Positions 53,258 to 53,357 of a stretch of 53,357 nucleotides of DNA are shown piece after piece; the first letter of the stretch is position 1, and each line of letters starts with the position of its first letter. Origin of the DNA: Anaerolineae bacterium (GTDB lineage: Bacteria; Chloroflexota; Anaerolineae; B4-G1; SLSP01); the NCBI GenBank assembly GCA_016931315.1, contig JAFGFB010000091.1:1-53357 (forward strand). Direction: 5' to 3'. The position numbers and the translations under genes were made by a program. A model generated the notes under the pieces. That model worked only from the letters and a program-made list of their open reading frames with translations, had not been told where the DNA came from and searched no databases.

Positions 53258-53296
53258 CCACAGGAAAACCCGGTAGTGTATCTATTTCGGTGGAAA

Positions 53297-53357
53297 TTAG
53301 CCTTGGGGCTGGGTCTGGTGAAACTCCTGCACCACTTGTACCATCATGGCCTTGACA
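53297..53357 (-). CDS. Possible 3' end of a gene that starts beyond the window (..KAMMVQVVQEFHQTQPQG*)
   Basis: A frame open from the window edge to TAA (53299-53297). Only 20 codons are visible. Confidence 0.25.
   Translation of the reverse strand, partial: VKAMMVQVVQEFHQTQPQG

Noticed and set aside
53171-53296. T-box or other riboswitch leader upstream of alaS
   Set aside because: The predicted leader is only about 50 nt. I saw no specifier-loop or T-box 'AGGGTGGTACCGCG'-like sequence and no terminator/antiterminator pair.

Overview
The window is 53.4 kb of GC-rich bacterial chromosome. Gene content (LCP and other envelope proteins with Thr/Pro-rich linkers, an archaeal-type PDO/TrxB redox pair, GH94 phosphorylases) and frequent GTG/TTG starts behind GGAGG-type SD sites suggest a Chloroflexota-like thermophile, but that is inference only. 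Most of it is ordinary core genome. I support about 50 protein genes, one tRNA-Gly(CCC), several hairpin terminators and a few sigma70-like promoters. I saw no rRNA, CRISPR array, transposase, integrase, prophage or recognisable defence/toxin module.

Genes I recognise:
- alaS, then ruvX and mltG, with three unknown membrane genes in between
- an AlaX-L editing protein
- a GAF/PAS histidine kinase
- two tandem deoxynucleoside kinases
- a thiol-redox cluster (PDO-type glutaredoxin-like protein, trxB, DUF2892, cupin, OsmC, TlpA-like, Trx-like)
- a LacI regulator, two GH94 phosphorylases and a signal-less solute-binding-protein homologue
- a large GH13-family protein
- a BchI-like ATPase/VWA pair
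- a two-gene multi-cofactor amine/amino-acid oxidoreductase
- MscS, a class-I aminotransferase and an RRM RNA-binding protein

The most unusual signal is non-coding. It is a dispersed family of at least 10 intergenic elements, each built around a long, perfectly paired hairpin (13-22 bp).
- The stem sequence differs from copy to copy, but pairing is always preserved.
- Four copies are full-length (about 130-175 bp) and bounded by GGGTGCGTTTCAA-type terminal inverted repeats, so they look like MITEs.
- A second small hairpin also shows compensatory base-pair changes between copies.
- The other six copies are shorter derivatives.

All product calls come from motif recognition by eye. No database search was possible.
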